DNA of 64,000 bases from Candidatus Aphodoplasma sp. (GTDB lineage: Bacteria; Bacillota; Clostridia; UBA1381; UMGS1253): contig JAZUQZ010000029.1 in the NCBI GenBank assembly GCA_045626925.1, forward strand, positions 94,479 through 158,478, read 5' to 3'. Of this stretch, positions 36,228-46,941 are shown piece by piece; within the stretch, counting starts at the first letter, position 1, and the number at the start of each line of letters is the position of its first letter. The notes beneath the pieces were generated by a model. The model was not told the origin of the DNA. It ran no database searches and worked only from the letters and a program-made list of their open reading frames with translations. A program made the translations under genes and the position numbers.

Positions 36228-38429
36228 ATGCAAACACCTAAAAGAAAGGTAAAACTTCACATATTCTGGGTAATGGTTGCGGTAAGCATTGCATTTGTGG
36301 CGCTTATAGGACGCGTTGCATGGCTCCAGATTGTCGACGGAGCCTCTTTGAAAAAAGCTGCCACCCAGCAGCAAACGCGCGACAATATTATAACGAGCAA
36401 GAGAGGCACAATATATGACAGAAACAACAAAGAGCTTGCAGTAAGTGCATCGGTTGAAATGGTGACGGTGTCGCCGAACGAGATTAAAAAAGCGGGAAGT
36501 GCAGAGCTTGTTTCGCACAAGCTTGCAGAAATTTTATCGCTTGAATATGAGGATGTATACAAAAAGGTAACAAAAAACTCTGCATACGAGATAATAAAGC
36601 GCAAGGTGGAAAGTGCGCAAACAGACCAAATCCGCGCACTTAAAGCGAGCGATGATACAAAAAAAGCTTTTGCGGGCGTAGGGCTCGAAGAGGATACGAA
36701 GCGCTTTTACCCTTATGGCAATTTTGCGGCGCACATATTGGGATTTACCGGCACAGATAATCAAGGTTTATATGGAATAGAAAAGGCCTATGATGATGAG
36801 CTTTCCGGCGTTTCGGGGCGTGTCATTTCGGTAAAAAATGCCGTTGGTGTAGATATGCCGTACAAATATGAAAAAAAATACGATTCTCAGGATGGACTTA
36901 ATGTTGTATTGACGATTGATGAAACAATCCAGCATTTTGCGGAGAAACATCTTGCCCAAGCATATGAAGAAAACAAACCGGAAAAGGGCGCTTTTGCAAT
37001 AGTTATGGCACCAAAAACGGGTGAAATACTTGCAATGGCAACAAAGCCGGACTTTGATTTAAACAAGCCGTTTGAGCTTAATATACAAGAGGTGGTTGAC
37101 TCTATAAACGCGCTTCCAAAAGAAGAACAAAGCGCTGCAAAAAATACAGCGCTGCAAAATTTGTGGAAAAACAAAGCGGTTACAGATTCGTATGAGCCGG
37201 GCTCTGTATTTAAAATACTTACTTATGCGATGGCACTTGAGGAAGGGGTAACGCATGTTGGAGATACTTTTAATTGCAGTGGTGCCACAAAGGTAGCATC
37301 TGAAACAATTCACTGTTGGAAAAGAGAGGGGCATGGGCACGAAACGCTATCAGAGGGATTGCAAAACTCGTGCAACCCAGTTTTGATGGAGCTTGCTCGT
37401 CGGCTTGGTGTTTCGACTTTTTGCAAATATTTCAGAAACTTTGGTATGGATATGAGAACGGGGTTTGATATAGTAGGCGAAAGCTCGGGTGTGTTTTTTA
37501 AGGAAAGCAATATGCACGAGGTAGAGCTTGCGACATGTTCGTTTGGACAATCGTTTCAAGTGACTCCACTCCAGCTTTCCGCTGCAATTTCGGCAATAGT
37601 AAACGGCGGCAATCTTATAAGACCGCACATTGTAAAAGCACTTACTGATGCAAATGGGACAACAGTAAAAAGCTTTGAACCGGAGGTTGTACGCAAAGTT
37701 GTATCAGAAGAAACATCGGCAATAATGCGTGAGTTTATCGAAAATGTTGTTACAAAGGGCACAGGCAAGGGTGCCAAAATTGAGGGTTATAGGATAGGCG
37801 GCAAAACAGGAACATCGGAGAAACAGCCGCGTGGAAACGGAAAATATGTCGCATCGTTTGTCGGCATTGCACCTGCTGATGATCCGGAGCTTTTGTGTAT
37901 TGTAGCAATAGATGAGCCTACGGGAGATTTGTACCAGGGGAGTCAGATTGCAGCGCCTGTTGTAAGAAACATACTTGAGGATACGCTGCGCTATATGGGG
38001 TATGAGAAAAAACTTGATGGTGAGGCACTTGAAAGGCTTCAATCAAATGTGCCGGAAGTGAGAGGACTTGCGCTTAGCGAAGCAAAGAGCATACTTAGCA
38101 AATCGGGCTTTGCTGTGAGCGTAGTAGGCGATGGAGAGAATGCTATGCAGCAACTTCCAAAACCGGGCGCATCGCTTGCAAAGGGTTCAACTGTAATATT
38201 ATATACCCATGAAAATGAAATACAAAAAACTATGGTTCCTGATGTGAGAGGAATGAATATCAGTGATGCAAGAACCGCAATACAAAATGCGGGACTTAAT
38301 ATAGAGGCCATAGGCGCGACAGAGCGCGAAATAAATTCGCCCGCAAGCAAGCAAGACCCGGCACCGGGCAGTTATGCAAATCCTGCATCTACAGTGCGCG
38401 TTGAATTTATCTACATGGATGGAGATTAA
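36228..38429 (+). CDS. Class B penicillin-binding protein (FtsI/SpoVD-like) with two C-terminal PASTA domains
   Basis: TM anchor, dimerisation domain, and transpeptidase motifs SVFK, SCN and KTGT. PASTA repeats at the C-terminus. Confidence 0.9.
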   Translation: MQTPKRKVKLHIFWVMVAVSIAFVALIGRVAWLQIVDGASLKKAATQQQTRDNIITSKRGTIYDRNNKELAVSASVEMVTVSPNEIKKAGSAELVSHKLAEILSLEYEDVYKKVTKNSAYEIIKRKVESAQTDQIRALKASDDTKKAFAGVGLEEDTKRFYPYGNFAAHILGFTGTDNQGLYGIEKAYDDELSGVSGRVISVKNAVGVDMPYKYEKKYDSQDGLNVVLTIDETIQHFAEKHLAQAYEENKPEKGAFAIVMAPKTGEILAMATKPDFDLNKPFELNIQEVVDSINALPKEEQSAAKNTALQNLWKNKAVTDSYEPGSVFKILTYAMALEEGVTHVGDTFNCSGATKVASETIHCWKREGHGHETLSEGLQNSCNPVLMELARRLGVSTFCKYFRNFGMDMRTGFDIVGESSGVFFKESNMHEVELATCSFGQSFQVTPLQLSAAISAIVNGGNLIRPHIVKALTDANGTTVKSFEPEVVRKVVSEETSAIMREFIENVVTKGTGKGAKIEGYRIGGKTGTSEKQPRGNGKYVASFVGIAPADDPELLCIVAIDEPTGDLYQGSQIAAPVVRNILEDTLRYMGYEKKLDGEALERLQSNVPEVRGLALSEAKSILSKSGFAVSVVGDGENAMQQLPKPGASLAKGSTVILYTHENEIQKTMVPDVRGMNISDARTAIQNAGLNIEAIGATEREINSPASKQDPAPGSYANPASTVRVEFIYMDGD

Positions 38430-38451
38430 AATATAGAAAGGAAGACCTTGT

Positions 38452-39897
38452 ATGAAGCTTTCACAATTGGTCGGCTCTTTGGATGTAAAGGGTGATAAGG
38501 CACTTTGTGTTGATGTGAACGGAATTGCATATGATTCGCGCGATGTAAAGCCGGGCGATGTGTTTGTGTGCATAAAAGGTTATAGCACAGATGGTCACAA
38601 GTATGTAAAAAGTGCGTGCGAAAAGGGCGCGGCGGCTATTGTGGCAAGTGATATAATAGAGTCTGATGTGCCTGTATTATATACAGAGGATACACGCCTT
38701 GCGCTTGCGTGTATGTCAAAGGCATATTTTGGAAATCCTTTGCAAAATATAAAGCTTATAGGAGTTACGGGAACTAATGGAAAAACAAGTGTAACATATC
38801 TTATAAAGGCGATGCTTGAGGCACAGGGGATGAAGGTCGGCCTTATAGGTACGAATCAAAATATGATTGGTACAAAGATTATTCCAACCGAGAGAACGAC
38901 ACCGGAATCGTTTGAATTATACAAGCTATTTTTTGAAATGGCAAAGGACGGTGCGGACTGTATCGTTATGGAGGTGTCAAGTCACGCCCTTGAGCTTAAT
39001 CGTGTTGGTGGGTGTGAGTTTGATACAGCTGTTTTTACAAATCTTACACAGGACCATCTCGACTTTCATGAAACGATGGAAAATTATTTTTGGGCAAAGA
39101 GCAGACTTTTTTCGCACTGCAAAAATGCTGTTATAAATGTTGATGACACTTATGGCAGACGCATTGAAAAAATGTGTGGTGTAAATGTTATAACATATGG
39201 CATATGTAACGAAGCTATTGCAAAAGCAAGCGATATGAGCATAAGTGCAAAGGGTGTGGGTTACAATTTGTGTTATAATGACACAAGTTATGAGGCTTCT
39301 GTTTGTATACCGGGCAAGTTTTCTGTCTACAATTCGCTTGCAGCGATATGCGCGACAATGAGCGTTGGCGTTGATATTGAAAGATGTCTTTTGGCGTTAA
39401 AGAATGTGAGCGGCGTAAAAGGTCGCGCCGAAATAGTAGATACAAATACGGATTTTACTGTAATTATAGATTATGCTCACACTCCTGATGGACTTGAAAA
39501 TATTTTGTCAACCGTAAACGAGTTTAAGACTGGACGCGTAATAACAGTTTTTGGTTGTGGCGGTGACCGCGACCGAACAAAACGCCCCAAAATGGGCAAA
39601 ACGGCGGGTGAACTTTCGGATGCAGTTATCGTAACATCGGACAATCCGCGAACAGAGAAGCCATCAAAAATAATCGATGACATTATGCCCGGCGTGCTTG
39701 AGAGTGGATGCGAATATGTACGGATTGAAAATAGACGCGATGCAATCAAGCATGCGATTATGTATGCTTGTGCAGGCGATATAATTGTGCTTGCAGGTAA
39801 AGGACACGAAACATATCAGATTTTAAAAGATGGCACTATCCATTTTGACGAACGAGAAATCGTCTGCGAGGTGCTTCGTGAAATTGGGGAGAAATAA
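38452..39897 (+). CDS. murE: UDP-N-acetylmuramoyl-L-alanyl-D-glutamate--2,6-diaminopimelate ligase
   Basis: GVTGTNGKTS P-loop and a DNPR motif (TSDNPRTE) consistent with meso-DAP specificity. Confidence 0.9.
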   Translation: MKLSQLVGSLDVKGDKALCVDVNGIAYDSRDVKPGDVFVCIKGYSTDGHKYVKSACEKGAAAIVASDIIESDVPVLYTEDTRLALACMSKAYFGNPLQNIKLIGVTGTNGKTSVTYLIKAMLEAQGMKVGLIGTNQNMIGTKIIPTERTTPESFELYKLFFEMAKDGADCIVMEVSSHALELNRVGGCEFDTAVFTNLTQDHLDFHETMENYFWAKSRLFSHCKNAVINVDDTYGRRIEKMCGVNVITYGICNEAIAKASDMSISAKGVGYNLCYNDTSYEASVCIPGKFSVYNSLAAICATMSVGVDIERCLLALKNVSGVKGRAEIVDTNTDFTVIIDYAHTPDGLENILSTVNEFKTGRVITVFGCGGDRDRTKRPKMGKTAGELSDAVIVTSDNPRTEKPSKIIDDIMPGVLESGCEYVRIENRRDAIKHAIMYACAGDIIVLAGKGHETYQILKDGTIHFDEREIVCEVLREIGEK

Positions 39898-39898
39898 T

Positions 39899-41278
39899 AT
39901 GGAGCCAATTGCTGTAAAAGAAATAGTAAATGCCGTAGAAGGCGAGCTTTTGTGCGGTAATGCTGAGACATTGATTGAAACAGTAACAACAGATAGTCGC
40001 AAAAGTGGGAAAAATATGTTATTTATACCGCTTGTCGGGGATACATTTGACGGGCACGAATTTATCGGCGCAGCTTTTAATATGGGCGCCGTTTGTGCTC
40101 TTACGCATAAAGACTGCGAAGTGGTTTGCAGTGGTGCGATTATAAGAGTAAAAGATACAAAAAAAGCACTGGCAGACCTTGCACGATTTTATCTTCAAAA
40201 GTTTTCTGTACCCGTAATAGCACTTACAGGTTCGGTCGGGAAAACAACGACAAAGGATATGGTTGCTGCGGCTCTTGGGGAAAAATATAGGGTTTTGAAA
40301 ACGCAGGGTAATTTTAATAACGATATTGGTTTACCATTGACGATTTTTAATCTTGATAAAGAGCACGAAATTGTTGTGCTTGAAATGGGAATGAATCATT
40401 TTGGAGAAATACATCATCTTGTTTCTATTGCTAGACCCCAGAAGGCAATTATAACAAATGTTGGCATGTCGCATATTGAAAATCTCGGCTCACGCGAGGG
40501 GATATTAAAGTCAAAGCTTGAGATTACTGATTATTTTGGAAAAGATAATATATTGTTTTCAAATGCCGATGATGATATGCTTGGGACGATACAAAGTGAT
40601 AGATATAAGATAATACGCTATGGAATAGACAATAAAAACGCCGATTATATAGCTGATAATATTATATCAAAGCCGGAATATGTTGAGTTTGATGTAAGAT
40701 ATGGCCGTGATAGTGCGCATATAAAGGTAAATTTGCCCGGCATACATAATGTATATAATGCACTTGCAGCGTTTGCAATTGCAAAAAGCTTTGATGTGAG
40801 TGACGAAATGATTATAGACGGTATTGGTTCGTTTTTGCCGTCAAATATGAGAATGGATATTAAAAAATTTGGTAATTGCACACTTGTAAACGATTGTTAT
40901 AATGCGTCTCCAACATCTACTGTGGCGGCATTGTCGGTTCTTTCTACAATAGAGGCAAAACGCCGTATCGCGATTTTGGGCGATATGCTTGAGATGGGCG
41001 ATTTTGCAAAGGAGGCCCATAAAGAGATTGGTAAAACAGTTTTTGATATGGGAATTGATGTTTTGTTGACAGTGGGAAAAGAATCTGAAAATACAAATGA
41101 AGGCGCTATAAGTAGTGGCATGAATAAAGAGTTTGTGCATCATTTTGAAAGTAATGCCGCGCTTGTCAGTGTGCTCGGTGAAATTATAAACAAAAGCGAT
41201 GCAGTGCTTGTGAAGGCATCTCGAGGGATGCATTTTGAACAGATTGTAGCCGGAATTGAAAATATGTTTTCAAAATAA
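39899..41278 (+). CDS. murF: UDP-N-acetylmuramoyl-tripeptide--D-alanyl-D-alanine ligase
   Basis: LTGSVGKTTTKD P-loop. ATG 39899 lies 1 nt after the murE stop. The track ORF 39830 overlaps murE. Confidence 0.9.
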   Translation: MEPIAVKEIVNAVEGELLCGNAETLIETVTTDSRKSGKNMLFIPLVGDTFDGHEFIGAAFNMGAVCALTHKDCEVVCSGAIIRVKDTKKALADLARFYLQKFSVPVIALTGSVGKTTTKDMVAAALGEKYRVLKTQGNFNNDIGLPLTIFNLDKEHEIVVLEMGMNHFGEIHHLVSIARPQKAIITNVGMSHIENLGSREGILKSKLEITDYFGKDNILFSNADDDMLGTIQSDRYKIIRYGIDNKNADYIADNIISKPEYVEFDVRYGRDSAHIKVNLPGIHNVYNALAAFAIAKSFDVSDEMIIDGIGSFLPSNMRMDIKKFGNCTLVNDCYNASPTSTVAALSVLSTIEAKRRIAILGDMLEMGDFAKEAHKEIGKTVFDMGIDVLLTVGKESENTNEGAISSGMNKEFVHHFESNAALVSVLGEIINKSDAVLVKASRGMHFEQIVAGIENMFSK

Positions 41279-41323
41279 TTATATTAAACAACAAAGATGA
41301 GAAAGGAAGGCATAGATACTATT

Positions 41324-42310
41324 ATGAGTGAAGGGGCTTCTGTTTTAGTTTCATATATTTTAACATTTGCTATAGCGTTTTTAATATGCATAATAATTGC
41401 GCCTGTGCTTATACCATTTTTGCATAAGCTAAAGTTTGGACAGGAGATACGCGAGGAGGGCCCCGTTTGGCACAAGAAAAAGGCGGGCACGCCTACTATG
41501 GGTGGAATTATATTTATTGTTGGCTCACTTTTGGCGACGATTTTTGTCATACGCGATATATCAACGATTGTTGTAATGCTTTTTGCGCTTGGCTTTGGGC
41601 TTATAGGCTTTGCTGATGATTACATAAAGGTTGTGCTAAAGAGAAATCTTGGACTTACAGCGCTACAAAAGTTGTTACTTCAAATAGCTCTTTCTGTTGC
41701 GTTTGTTATAGTATTAAATTCGCTCGGTATGCTTAACACAGATATTTATATACCGTTTACAACAATGAGTGTAGACCTTGGATGGTTTTATATAATTTTT
41801 GCTGCTTTTATTATGATTGGTTTTACAAACGCGGTCAACCTTACAGACGGGCTTGATGGTCTTGCAACAAGCATAACCGCGATTGTGTCGTTATTTTTTG
41901 CTATTGCCACATTTTTTGTCGGCAACAGAGCTTTGGCAGTATTTATGATTGCGCTTGCAGGCGGATGCATTGGATTTTTGGTATTTAATCGTTATCCTGC
42001 AAAGGTTTTTATGGGCGATACAGGGTCGCTGTTTTTGGGCGGTGCGCTTGCAGCTGCGTCAATAGTTTTGAAAATGCCGTTTATATTGGTAATTGCGGGC
42101 ATTATTTATGTAGTCGAGGCGCTTTCGGTAATATTGCAAGTAGCGTCATTTAAGCTTACGGGCAAAAGAATTTTTAAGATGAGCCCGATACATCATCATT
42201 TTGAAATGTGTGGTTGGAAAGAAGTAAAAATCGTATTGGTATTTTGCGCAGTAAGTATAGTATTTTGTATAATTGCGTATTTTTCAATAACGGCGTTTTT
42301 CGCGCTTTGA
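41324..42310 (+). CDS. mraY: Phospho-N-acetylmuramoyl-pentapeptide-transferase
   Basis: Polytopic membrane protein with NAVNLTDGLDGLA, MGDTGSLFLGG and PIHHHFE. The start could be 41297 or 41324. Confidence 0.92.
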   Translation: MSEGASVLVSYILTFAIAFLICIIIAPVLIPFLHKLKFGQEIREEGPVWHKKKAGTPTMGGIIFIVGSLLATIFVIRDISTIVVMLFALGFGLIGFADDYIKVVLKRNLGLTALQKLLLQIALSVAFVIVLNSLGMLNTDIYIPFTTMSVDLGWFYIIFAAFIMIGFTNAVNLTDGLDGLATSITAIVSLFFAIATFFVGNRALAVFMIALAGGCIGFLVFNRYPAKVFMGDTGSLFLGGALAAASIVLKMPFILVIAGIIYVVEALSVILQVASFKLTGKRIFKMSPIHHHFEMCGWKEVKIVLVFCAVSIVFCIIAYFSITAFFAL

Positions 42311-42342
42311 ATTTAGTATAAAAAGTATTGGAGGTAAGTTGT

Positions 42343-43629
42343 ATGGCACAAAAAAGAACATCGTCTGTCGCTGCTCGTAAAAGAGGTGCAAGCACAGCAC
42401 GCACAAGCACGGCAAATAGACCAAAAAGACCTCCGCAAAAAAAGACAGTAAAGACGAAACGAAACATAAACGATATGTTTGAAAACATGGTAAATGGAAA
42501 AAACAATAAGCCTTATGATATTTCGCTTATGTTTACAATAATAATTCTTGTTATATTTGGACTCATTATGGTATTTTCGGCATCTGCGCCGGCAGCAAGT
42601 GCTTATCAAAACAATCCGTATTATTACATAACTCGTCAGGGAATTTTTGCTATAATGGGTGTTTGCGCGATGTTCGTACTGTCGCGCTATGATTATCATA
42701 AGTATGGGAAATGGGCAGTCGGTATTCTTGCTGCAAGTTTTATTTTGCTTTTGGCAGTTTATATTCCCGGACTTGGGTCGGTAAGAAATAATTCAAGAAG
42801 ATGGCTCAATTTAGGCATTTTTACACTTCAACCTTCAGAGGTTGCAAAGGTGGCTATAATTATATATTTTTCGTATAGCCTATCGCTTATAAAAGGAAAA
42901 ATTGAAAAATTTAAAGATGGACTTTTAAGATATCTTATAATATTGGGCGTTTTTGCTTTGATTTTATTGGCAGAGCCACACCTTAGCGCAACGCTTGTAA
43001 TTATAGGAGTTGGGGGCATAATTCTTATTGTAGCGGGAGCAAAAACACGCCATTTTGCTGCTATTGGTTTGTTGGCACTGCCTGTTTTGGCTGTCGCAAT
43101 TTATAACAAGCCATATCAGCTCGAACGAATAACAACATTTTTAGACCCGTTTGCAGACAAATCGGATGCGGGTTTTCAGGTTGTAAATTCGCTTTATGCG
43201 ATAGGCTCGGGCGGGATTTTTGGCCTTGGTCTTGGTATGAGCAGACAAAAGTTTTTGTATTTGCCGGAGCCGCAAAATGATTTCATATTTGCGATAATAT
43301 GCGAAGAGCTTGGACTGCTCGGTGCTATTCTAGTTTTGGGTTTGTTTGGTTTTCTTATCTGGAAGGGATATAGAATTGCCCAAGAGGCACCCGATATGTT
43401 TGGCACGCTTCTTGCGACGGGTATAACGAGCCTTGTGGGCATACAAGTGGTTGTAAATGTGGCGGTTGTAACATCGTCTATACCTGCAACGGGTATGGCG
43501 TTGCCTTTTTTTAGCTATGGTGGCACATCACTTTTGATATTGCTTGGTGCTATGGGGATATTACTTAATATATCGCGCCAAACGGTCACGACTATCAGAC
43601 CATCAATAAGTGAGAAAAAAAGTAAATGA
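42343..43629 (+). CDS. ftsW: SEDS-family peptidoglycan glycosyltransferase FtsW/SpoVE, with a basic N-terminal tail
   Basis: Motifs ...LQPSEVAKV..., FLYLPEPQNDFIF, ALPFFSYGGTSLL. GGAGG 8 nt before ATG 42343. Confidence 0.9.
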   Translation: MAQKRTSSVAARKRGASTARTSTANRPKRPPQKKTVKTKRNINDMFENMVNGKNNKPYDISLMFTIIILVIFGLIMVFSASAPAASAYQNNPYYYITRQGIFAIMGVCAMFVLSRYDYHKYGKWAVGILAASFILLLAVYIPGLGSVRNNSRRWLNLGIFTLQPSEVAKVAIIIYFSYSLSLIKGKIEKFKDGLLRYLIILGVFALILLAEPHLSATLVIIGVGGIILIVAGAKTRHFAAIGLLALPVLAVAIYNKPYQLERITTFLDPFADKSDAGFQVVNSLYAIGSGGIFGLGLGMSRQKFLYLPEPQNDFIFAIICEELGLLGAILVLGLFGFLIWKGYRIAQEAPDMFGTLLATGITSLVGIQVVVNVAVVTSSIPATGMALPFFSYGGTSLLILLGAMGILLNISRQTVTTIRPSISEKKSK

Positions 43630-43640
43630 GGAGAATATAG

Positions 43641-44750
43641 ATGAGAATTTTGCTTGCGGGCGGCGGTACTGCCGGTCATATAAATCCTGCAATTTCAATT
43701 GCATCATATGCAAAGTCTGTTGACAGTGATGCAAAGATACTTTTTATCGGAAAGCGTGGCAATATGGAGCAAACTCTTGTGCCAAAGGCAGGCTTTGATA
43801 TTGAGTTTATTGATATTGAGGGTTTTAAGCGCGCACTTACACTAAAAAATATTAAAGTAATTGCAAAGACATTGCGCGCAATAGGCGAGAGTAAAAAAAT
43901 AATAAAGCGCTTTTGCCCAGATGTAGTAATATGCACGGGTGGTTATGTCAGCGGGCCGGTTATGTCGGCGGCTAAAAAGCTTAATATCCCGTCGATTATA
44001 CATGAACAAAATGTATTTCCCGGTGTTACGGTAAAGCTTTCGCAAAAGTATGCGTCATATATTGCGACAAGTTTTGAGAAAACGCGCTCTCTTTTAAAAG
44101 CAAAAGACAAGTGTGTTTTTACGGGAAATCCCGTAAGAGAACAAATTATTTTGGCGGACAGAGAGCTTGCAAGAGCAGAGCTTGGAGTTGATAAAAAGCC
44201 GTTTGTGCTCGCTTTTGGTGGAAGCCTTGGCGCTGCGCGGATAAATGATGCCGTTGTGGGATACATTGAAAAGCTCGCAAAAAGAGATGACATAAATCTT
44301 ATGTTTGGTACGGGCAAACGCAACTATGACGAGGTTATGAGTGACATAGCAAAGCGTGGCATAGACATAACAAAGCATAAAAATATACGCGTATGTGATT
44401 ATATATATGATATGGATAAGGCGCTTGCAGCGGCGGATATCGTTATAAGTCGCGCTGGTGCAATAAGCATAAGTGAAATTACGGCGCTTGGAAAGGCAAG
44501 TATATTGATACCGTCACCCAATGTAGCACACAATCATCAATACACAAACGCAAAGGCGCTTTCTGATAATGGTGCGGCGGTCGTTATTACAGAGGATAAT
44601 TTGTCATCTGATGTGCTTGGAAATATGATTGAAGAGCTTCTTTCGGATAGGGCAAGACTTGATACAATAGCATCAAATGCAAAAAAGCTTGGGGTGTGTG
44701 ACGCATCGCAAAAAATTTATGCTCTTGCATGCAAGCTTTATAAAAAGTAA
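43641..44750 (+). CDS. murG: Undecaprenyldiphospho-muramoylpentapeptide beta-N-acetylglucosaminyltransferase
   Basis: GGGTAGHINPA N-terminus and a GT28 C-domain (SRAGAISISE). Confidence 0.93.
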   Translation: MRILLAGGGTAGHINPAISIASYAKSVDSDAKILFIGKRGNMEQTLVPKAGFDIEFIDIEGFKRALTLKNIKVIAKTLRAIGESKKIIKRFCPDVVICTGGYVSGPVMSAAKKLNIPSIIHEQNVFPGVTVKLSQKYASYIATSFEKTRSLLKAKDKCVFTGNPVREQIILADRELARAELGVDKKPFVLAFGGSLGAARINDAVVGYIEKLAKRDDINLMFGTGKRNYDEVMSDIAKRGIDITKHKNIRVCDYIYDMDKALAAADIVISRAGAISISEITALGKASILIPSPNVAHNHQYTNAKALSDNGAAVVITEDNLSSDVLGNMIEELLSDRARLDTIASNAKKLGVCDASQKIYALACKLYKK

Positions 44751-44817
44751 CGCACTTTGGCGTAGCTGCATAATATGTATAGCAAATAAATTATGTGGCT
44801 TGCGGAGGTGCATTATA

Positions 44818-46068
44818 GTGGATAAACTTGTTATAGAAGGCGGAAGAAAGCTTGAGGGAGAGATATGTGTACATGGCGCGAAAAACGCTGTGCTGCCGAT
44901 TTTGGCTGCAACGGTTTTAAACAACGGCAAAAGTGTCATATATGACTGTCCCGACCTAAAGGATGTGCGTGCATCAATAAATATTTTGCGCCACCTTGGG
45001 TGCGAAGTGCAGATGAACGATGGAGTGCTTAGCGTCGATTCGTCGGGAGCAAGCTGTTATGAAATACCGGAAAAGCTTATGCACGAAATGCGTTCGTCGG
45101 TGATTTTTCTTGGGGCGGTGCTTTCCCGTTTTGGCAAGGCGATTGTGGCGCTTCCCGGCGGATGTGAGCTTGGCCCAAGGCCGATTGATTTACATCTTGG
45201 CGCATTCCGCCAGCTTGGGATTGAAATTGAAGAAGAACATGGATACATAAAATGTAGTTGCGAGCGCATTGTGCCGACGACGATACACCTTGATTTTCCA
45301 AGTGTGGGTGCTACTGAAAATATAATGCTTATTGCGACGCTTGCGAGCGGAACAACAGTAATTACGAATGCGGCAAAGGAGCCTGAAATTGAAGATTTGC
45401 AAAAGTGTTTGAACGCTTGTGGTGCAAAAATTAGTGGCGCAGGAACGAGCATTATACAAATCGAAGGTGTAAAACGCCTTGGTGATGTTGAACACAAAGT
45501 AATTCCAGATAGGATTGTTGCATCTACATATTTAAGCTGCTCTGCAGCGGCAGGTGGTACAATAGAACTTAAAAATATTGTTCCGGAGCATTTTGAAGCG
45601 TTTTTATCAGTCGCGGAGCAATACGGCGCAAAGCTATACATAAATGATAATAGTATCGTGCATGTTGCGCCGAAAAGACTTAATGCAGTAAAGCTTATAA
45701 GAACACAGCCTTATCCGGGCTTTGCAACCGATGCGCAGTCGCCACTTATGGCAGCGCTTACACTTGCAGAGGGAACGAGTATTTTTGTTGAAAATATATT
45801 TGAAAGCAGATATAAGCATGTATTTGAGCTTTGTCGTATGGGAGCAGATATAACTGTAGACGGACGAATGGCGGTTGTGCGCGGCGTAAAAGAGTTAAGC
45901 GGCGCAAATGTGTGTGCTATGGATTTGCGTGGCGGTGCGGCGCTCGCGGTTGCAGCGCTTGCGGCAAATGGGCGCACAAGCATAAGTGATATTTATCATA
46001 TTGATAGAGGATATGAAAATTTTGAGCAGACACTTCAAAGTATTGGTGCAAAAGTGTCAAGGCAGTAG
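44818..46068 (+). CDS. murA: UDP-N-acetylglucosamine 1-carboxyvinyltransferase
   Basis: (M)DKLVIEGGRKLEGEICVHGAKNAVLPILAA..., active-site loop PGGCELGPRPIDLH. GGAGG 9 nt before GTG 44818. The longer track ORF (44677) overlaps murG. Confidence 0.92.
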   Translation: MDKLVIEGGRKLEGEICVHGAKNAVLPILAATVLNNGKSVIYDCPDLKDVRASINILRHLGCEVQMNDGVLSVDSSGASCYEIPEKLMHEMRSSVIFLGAVLSRFGKAIVALPGGCELGPRPIDLHLGAFRQLGIEIEEEHGYIKCSCERIVPTTIHLDFPSVGATENIMLIATLASGTTVITNAAKEPEIEDLQKCLNACGAKISGAGTSIIQIEGVKRLGDVEHKVIPDRIVASTYLSCSAAAGGTIELKNIVPEHFEAFLSVAEQYGAKLYINDNSIVHVAPKRLNAVKLIRTQPYPGFATDAQSPLMAALTLAEGTSIFVENIFESRYKHVFELCRMGADITVDGRMAVVRGVKELSGANVCAMDLRGGAALAVAALAANGRTSISDIYHIDRGYENFEQTLQSIGAKVSRQ

Positions 46069-46111
46069 TATTGGCGCAAGAGTTTTGCACTGAAAGGAAC
46101 GGGTAGTACGA

Positions 46112-46918
46112 ATGAAAAAAGAAATGCAGAGACAAAAACAAAGACCACGCACTGCAAACGAAGACTTGCGTGCGCGTCATATAAGAAGGCAGAAGAAAAA
46201 AAGAAAAAGGAGAGTATTTTTCCGCATTTTTTCTTTTCTTTTCTTACTTTCTATTATATGCTCGATTGTTATGTTTATGACGCCGTGGTTTAATATTTCT
46301 GCAATTGAGGTAGTGGGGAATTTGCAGCTTAATCCGGAAGCGCTCGTGATGCAGAGTGAAATATATCAAGGGGCAAATATTTTTAAAATAAGCACATCAC
46401 ATGCGGAGAAAAAAATTGCTGCAATGCCGTATGTGAAAAGCGTGCAGGTTAAAAGAAAATTGCCTAATAAAATCGAAATCAATGTCCAGGAAAGCCATGC
46501 GGCAGCGTATTTTGAGCATATGGGTGGATATGCTGTGTTTGATGAAGATGGCAGAGCTTTGGAGATTATGAGCGCACCACCGACGGGGTGCATCCAAATT
46601 GTTGGTTGTGAGCTTAAAGAATTTTTGCCAGGAAGCAAAATAGGCATTGACTCTGGCGAAAAATTTGATATAATAGTATTATACATAGGTGAGCTTGAGA
46701 AAACGGAATTTTTTAGTGGTGTAAACCTGCTTGATTTGACGAATACCGTAGATATTAGGTTTCAGTTTGAAAATCGTCTGACGGTATTTTGTGGCGATGT
46801 GCAGGGATTGGACCGCAAGCTTTTGACTTTTGCGGAGATTGCTTATAATCAACTTTCGCCGAATGCCAGAGGGGAGATAGATTTGCGTATTGATAGCAAA
46901 GCCTATTACAGACCATAG
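46112..46918 (+). CDS. ftsQ: Cell division protein FtsQ/DivIB (POTRA domain)
   Basis: Basic N-terminus, one TM helix, and POTRA-like FNISAIEVVGN...YVKSVQVKRKLPNKIEINVQE. Confidence 0.85.
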   Translation: MKKEMQRQKQRPRTANEDLRARHIRRQKKKRKRRVFFRIFSFLFLLSIICSIVMFMTPWFNISAIEVVGNLQLNPEALVMQSEIYQGANIFKISTSHAEKKIAAMPYVKSVQVKRKLPNKIEINVQESHAAAYFEHMGGYAVFDEDGRALEIMSAPPTGCIQIVGCELKEFLPGSKIGIDSGEKFDIIVLYIGELEKTEFFSGVNLLDLTNTVDIRFQFENRLTVFCGDVQGLDRKLLTFAEIAYNQLSPNARGEIDLRIDSKAYYRP

Positions 46919-46941
46919 ATAAGCAATTTCGGAGGAGCGCA

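Noticed and set aside
44677-44817. N-terminal extension of the murA ORF (MQKSLGCVTHRKKF...)
   Set aside because: It overlaps the end of murG and has no RBS. The canonical MurA N-terminus starts at GTG 44818, behind a GGAGG.
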